A stretch of DNA of 64,000 nt from Bilabrum cf. latius (taxonomy: Eukaryota), in the NCBI GenBank assembly GCA_965178125.1, contig OZ237768.1:682001-746000 (forward strand), given 5' to 3'. Position 1 is the stretch's first letter, and each line of letters starts with the position of its first letter. The notes below the pieces were generated by a model that was not told where the DNA came from, ran no database searches, and worked only from the letters and a program-made list of their open reading frames with translations. Below are positions 62,118 to 64,000 of this stretch, in pieces. Made by a program: the position numbers and the translations under genes.

Positions 62118-62843
62118 TCAACTTATGCCGTACTTTCCACCGAGGTCCTCTTTCGTCGCATCTGTACATTTCTTGGAGCCGAGGACCTCATACACTGCTC
62201 CTCTCACAGGTCCGCGCTTGAGCTTCGTGTCAGTCCCGTAAATGCCAATGTACTGCACGTGGCAGCTCTCATCCTCCCCAAACGCTTTCCTAAAAAACAG
62301 CGTTAGATGGTACACGCTGTGGAATTTGCCAGGGCGGGTACTGTACCGCATGTCGCCCTTGCAGTCCTTAGCTAGGTCCAGGTCCTAATCTGCTTTGATG
62401 TCTTCAGCCAGCCCGAAATCCATGTCCTCCCTATTCACGAATACCCCGAGGTCACTTGGATGATTCTCACTGTCTGGTCCCCCGATGCTGATCGCATGAA
62501 TTCTCACAGCAGTACGAAACGGTATGTGCACGATCATTTCTGGATCACAGTCGTCGCTTTCAAGCACAGGTTCTGGGTTCATTCGCATGTCATACGGTTT
62601 AAACGGTGCCTTCGGGTCGCTGCCTGCTGCCTCATTCATACATCGAACATTATCAAGGTCAATGCTAGAGAGCAGAGATGAGTACGATGTGTCTGCGGTC
62701 TCCATTTCATCTTCTTCGCTTGAGCCCACTTCATCTGCTCGCCTCGGGGCGCCCCGAAGCCCGGTTCGCATGGTAAACCCCAACAATGTGCTACCACCTG
62801 GTCTCGAACCACCACCACTACTGTCTCCTCCGGCGGATGCCAT
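62118..62843 (-). CDS. PITHD1: PITH domain protein (PITHD1-like)
   Basis: SLLSSIDLDNVRCMNE, LESDDCDPEMIVHIPF, VFVNREDMDF, AD[TAG]DLDL...YSTRPGKFHSVYHLTLFF, YIGIYG, VYE. Ends TGA. Confidence 0.88.
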
Positions 62844-62969
62844 GTTGCAGTCAAGACCGCCTGATGTGGCCACACTGCAACTGTTCGTGTTGGCAGCGGA
62901 ACTGGAACCGGAGCCGTGCGCGGCGCCAGTCTCGCCCCACCGACTGCTTTCCTAGCAGTGCCAGGATTC

Positions 62970-64000
62970 ATGTAGTCCCACTTTGCTCTCGTATCTTTAT
63001 AGCTTGCATTTTCATTGGCCGATACTTTGCCGTGAGGCCTATCATGCCCTTTTTCCGGTCTGACTCGATCGTTTTCTTGGTTATTTGCTTGTGTATCGTC
63101 GTTTGCCCCTGGGTTTGTTTGTTTTTGCAGTGATTCCATACCATTTCCGACCAAAGAATAGAACTATGATTCTTGGTTTGATGAGCAAACGAGCCAAGCT
63201 GACGCCGACTTGAAGCAGATGGCGTACAATTCCCGCTTTCCGGGATCTGCCTATGACCTGGTGCCGGCTGCTTCGAACGTCATAACTCAAGCACACATCA
63301 GTGTGTTTGACCGGAGAGTATATATCGGACCAAGCGCAAACGACCACACTTCGAGATGCGACTAGCCTGCGAAGAATTGGTTCAGTTCACAAAACGTCCT
63401 GGCTAGCACTGGGAGTAGCGTAGAATCCGTAGTGTTATGGGGGGCAGGTCCGCGGCTGGGTCTTGATGCTCGGACGCAATGGGGTTGGGTCATGCGAGGC
63501 CCGGGAGGCAATGCATCGGTCGTGCAGCTGATCGCGGACCTGCATGAAAACCAGCCTGGCGTGCAGGTCCTGCTGGGCTACGTGGTGAGCTGGGCCCACT
63601 GTCCGCTCGTATCTTCCCAACCGCCTTTCGATGGCATGGCTTCATCGCTTTATCGTGCTCTTACCCCTTATCGACCGCAGCCCTGGGACAATGCCACGTT
63701 CGGCACGCAGACGCCGGCAACGCCAGATGAAGGTAGGACCAGCAGTAGCAAGGGGCTGGCAGCCTCTCTGTGCGGGGCCCTGCTTGACCTATTGGCCGAG
63801 TGGGGGGCGGATGGGGTGTATGGCCTGGGCGTGGGGACCTTCGACTCGTCCTGCCGAGAGCGGAACGAGACGTTGTCCGGTATTCGTATCGGAGTGGACG
63901 CTTACGTGCTGCAAGGCGATGCACCCATGCAGGTGGACGGAGAGGGCTTGGCCCCTCTCTCGTATCAGTCCACATCTGCACTAGCCTGGGTAGACGGGGA
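62970..64000 (+). CDS. Putative secreted protein, 5' part only (runs off the window)
   Basis: M[TAG]SHFALVSL[TAG]LAFSLA is signal-peptide-like. Predicted introns 63032-63130 and 63585-63680 (GTGAG...GCAG) keep one frame open to the window end. No family recognised. Confidence 0.5.

Noticed and set aside
1-64000. Mass pseudogenisation or sequencing error as the cause of the internal stops
   Set aside because: The interruptions are exclusively TAG, with no TAA, TGA or frameshifts. They affect essential genes with intact catalytic motifs and fall on conserved Gln positions.
1-64000. Ciliate-type code with both UAA and UAG as Gln, or pyrrolysine/selenocysteine recoding
   Set aside because: No in-frame TAA was found and eight genes end in TAA. 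TAGs are too frequent, occur in tandem and are spread across unrelated genes, which does not fit site-specific recoding.

Overview
Gene-dense, GC-rich, intron-poor eukaryotic nuclear DNA from a protist with centrioles or flagella (it encodes epsilon-tubulin). The overall style resembles a heterotrophic stramenopile such as a bicosoecid, but that is inference only. I reconstructed about 27 protein-coding genes by hand. The main result is a non-standard genetic code. About 90 in-frame TAG codons (hand count) interrupt otherwise intact conserved genes. Several sit at family-conserved Gln positions: SERF MxRGN[Q]R, GPN2 G[Q]xVxGPPGSGK, NAR1 DFIxPS[Q]AC and WDR55 SDN[Q]E. A TAG-TAG-TAG triplet also lies in a poly-Gln tract. 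No in-frame TAA or TGA occurs in these genes, and all 25 complete reconstructed 3' ends are TGA (17) or TAA (8). This implies UAG=Gln with UAA retained as stop, a rare decoupled code. The supplied ORF track therefore fragments most genes. Other items: an 18 x 120-bp IQ-motif tandem array, a voltage-sensor protein resembling protozoan channel-adenylyl cyclases but lacking a catalytic domain, uniform GTGAG splice donors, very tight gene packing, and an unexplained region at about 36.3-39.5 kb.
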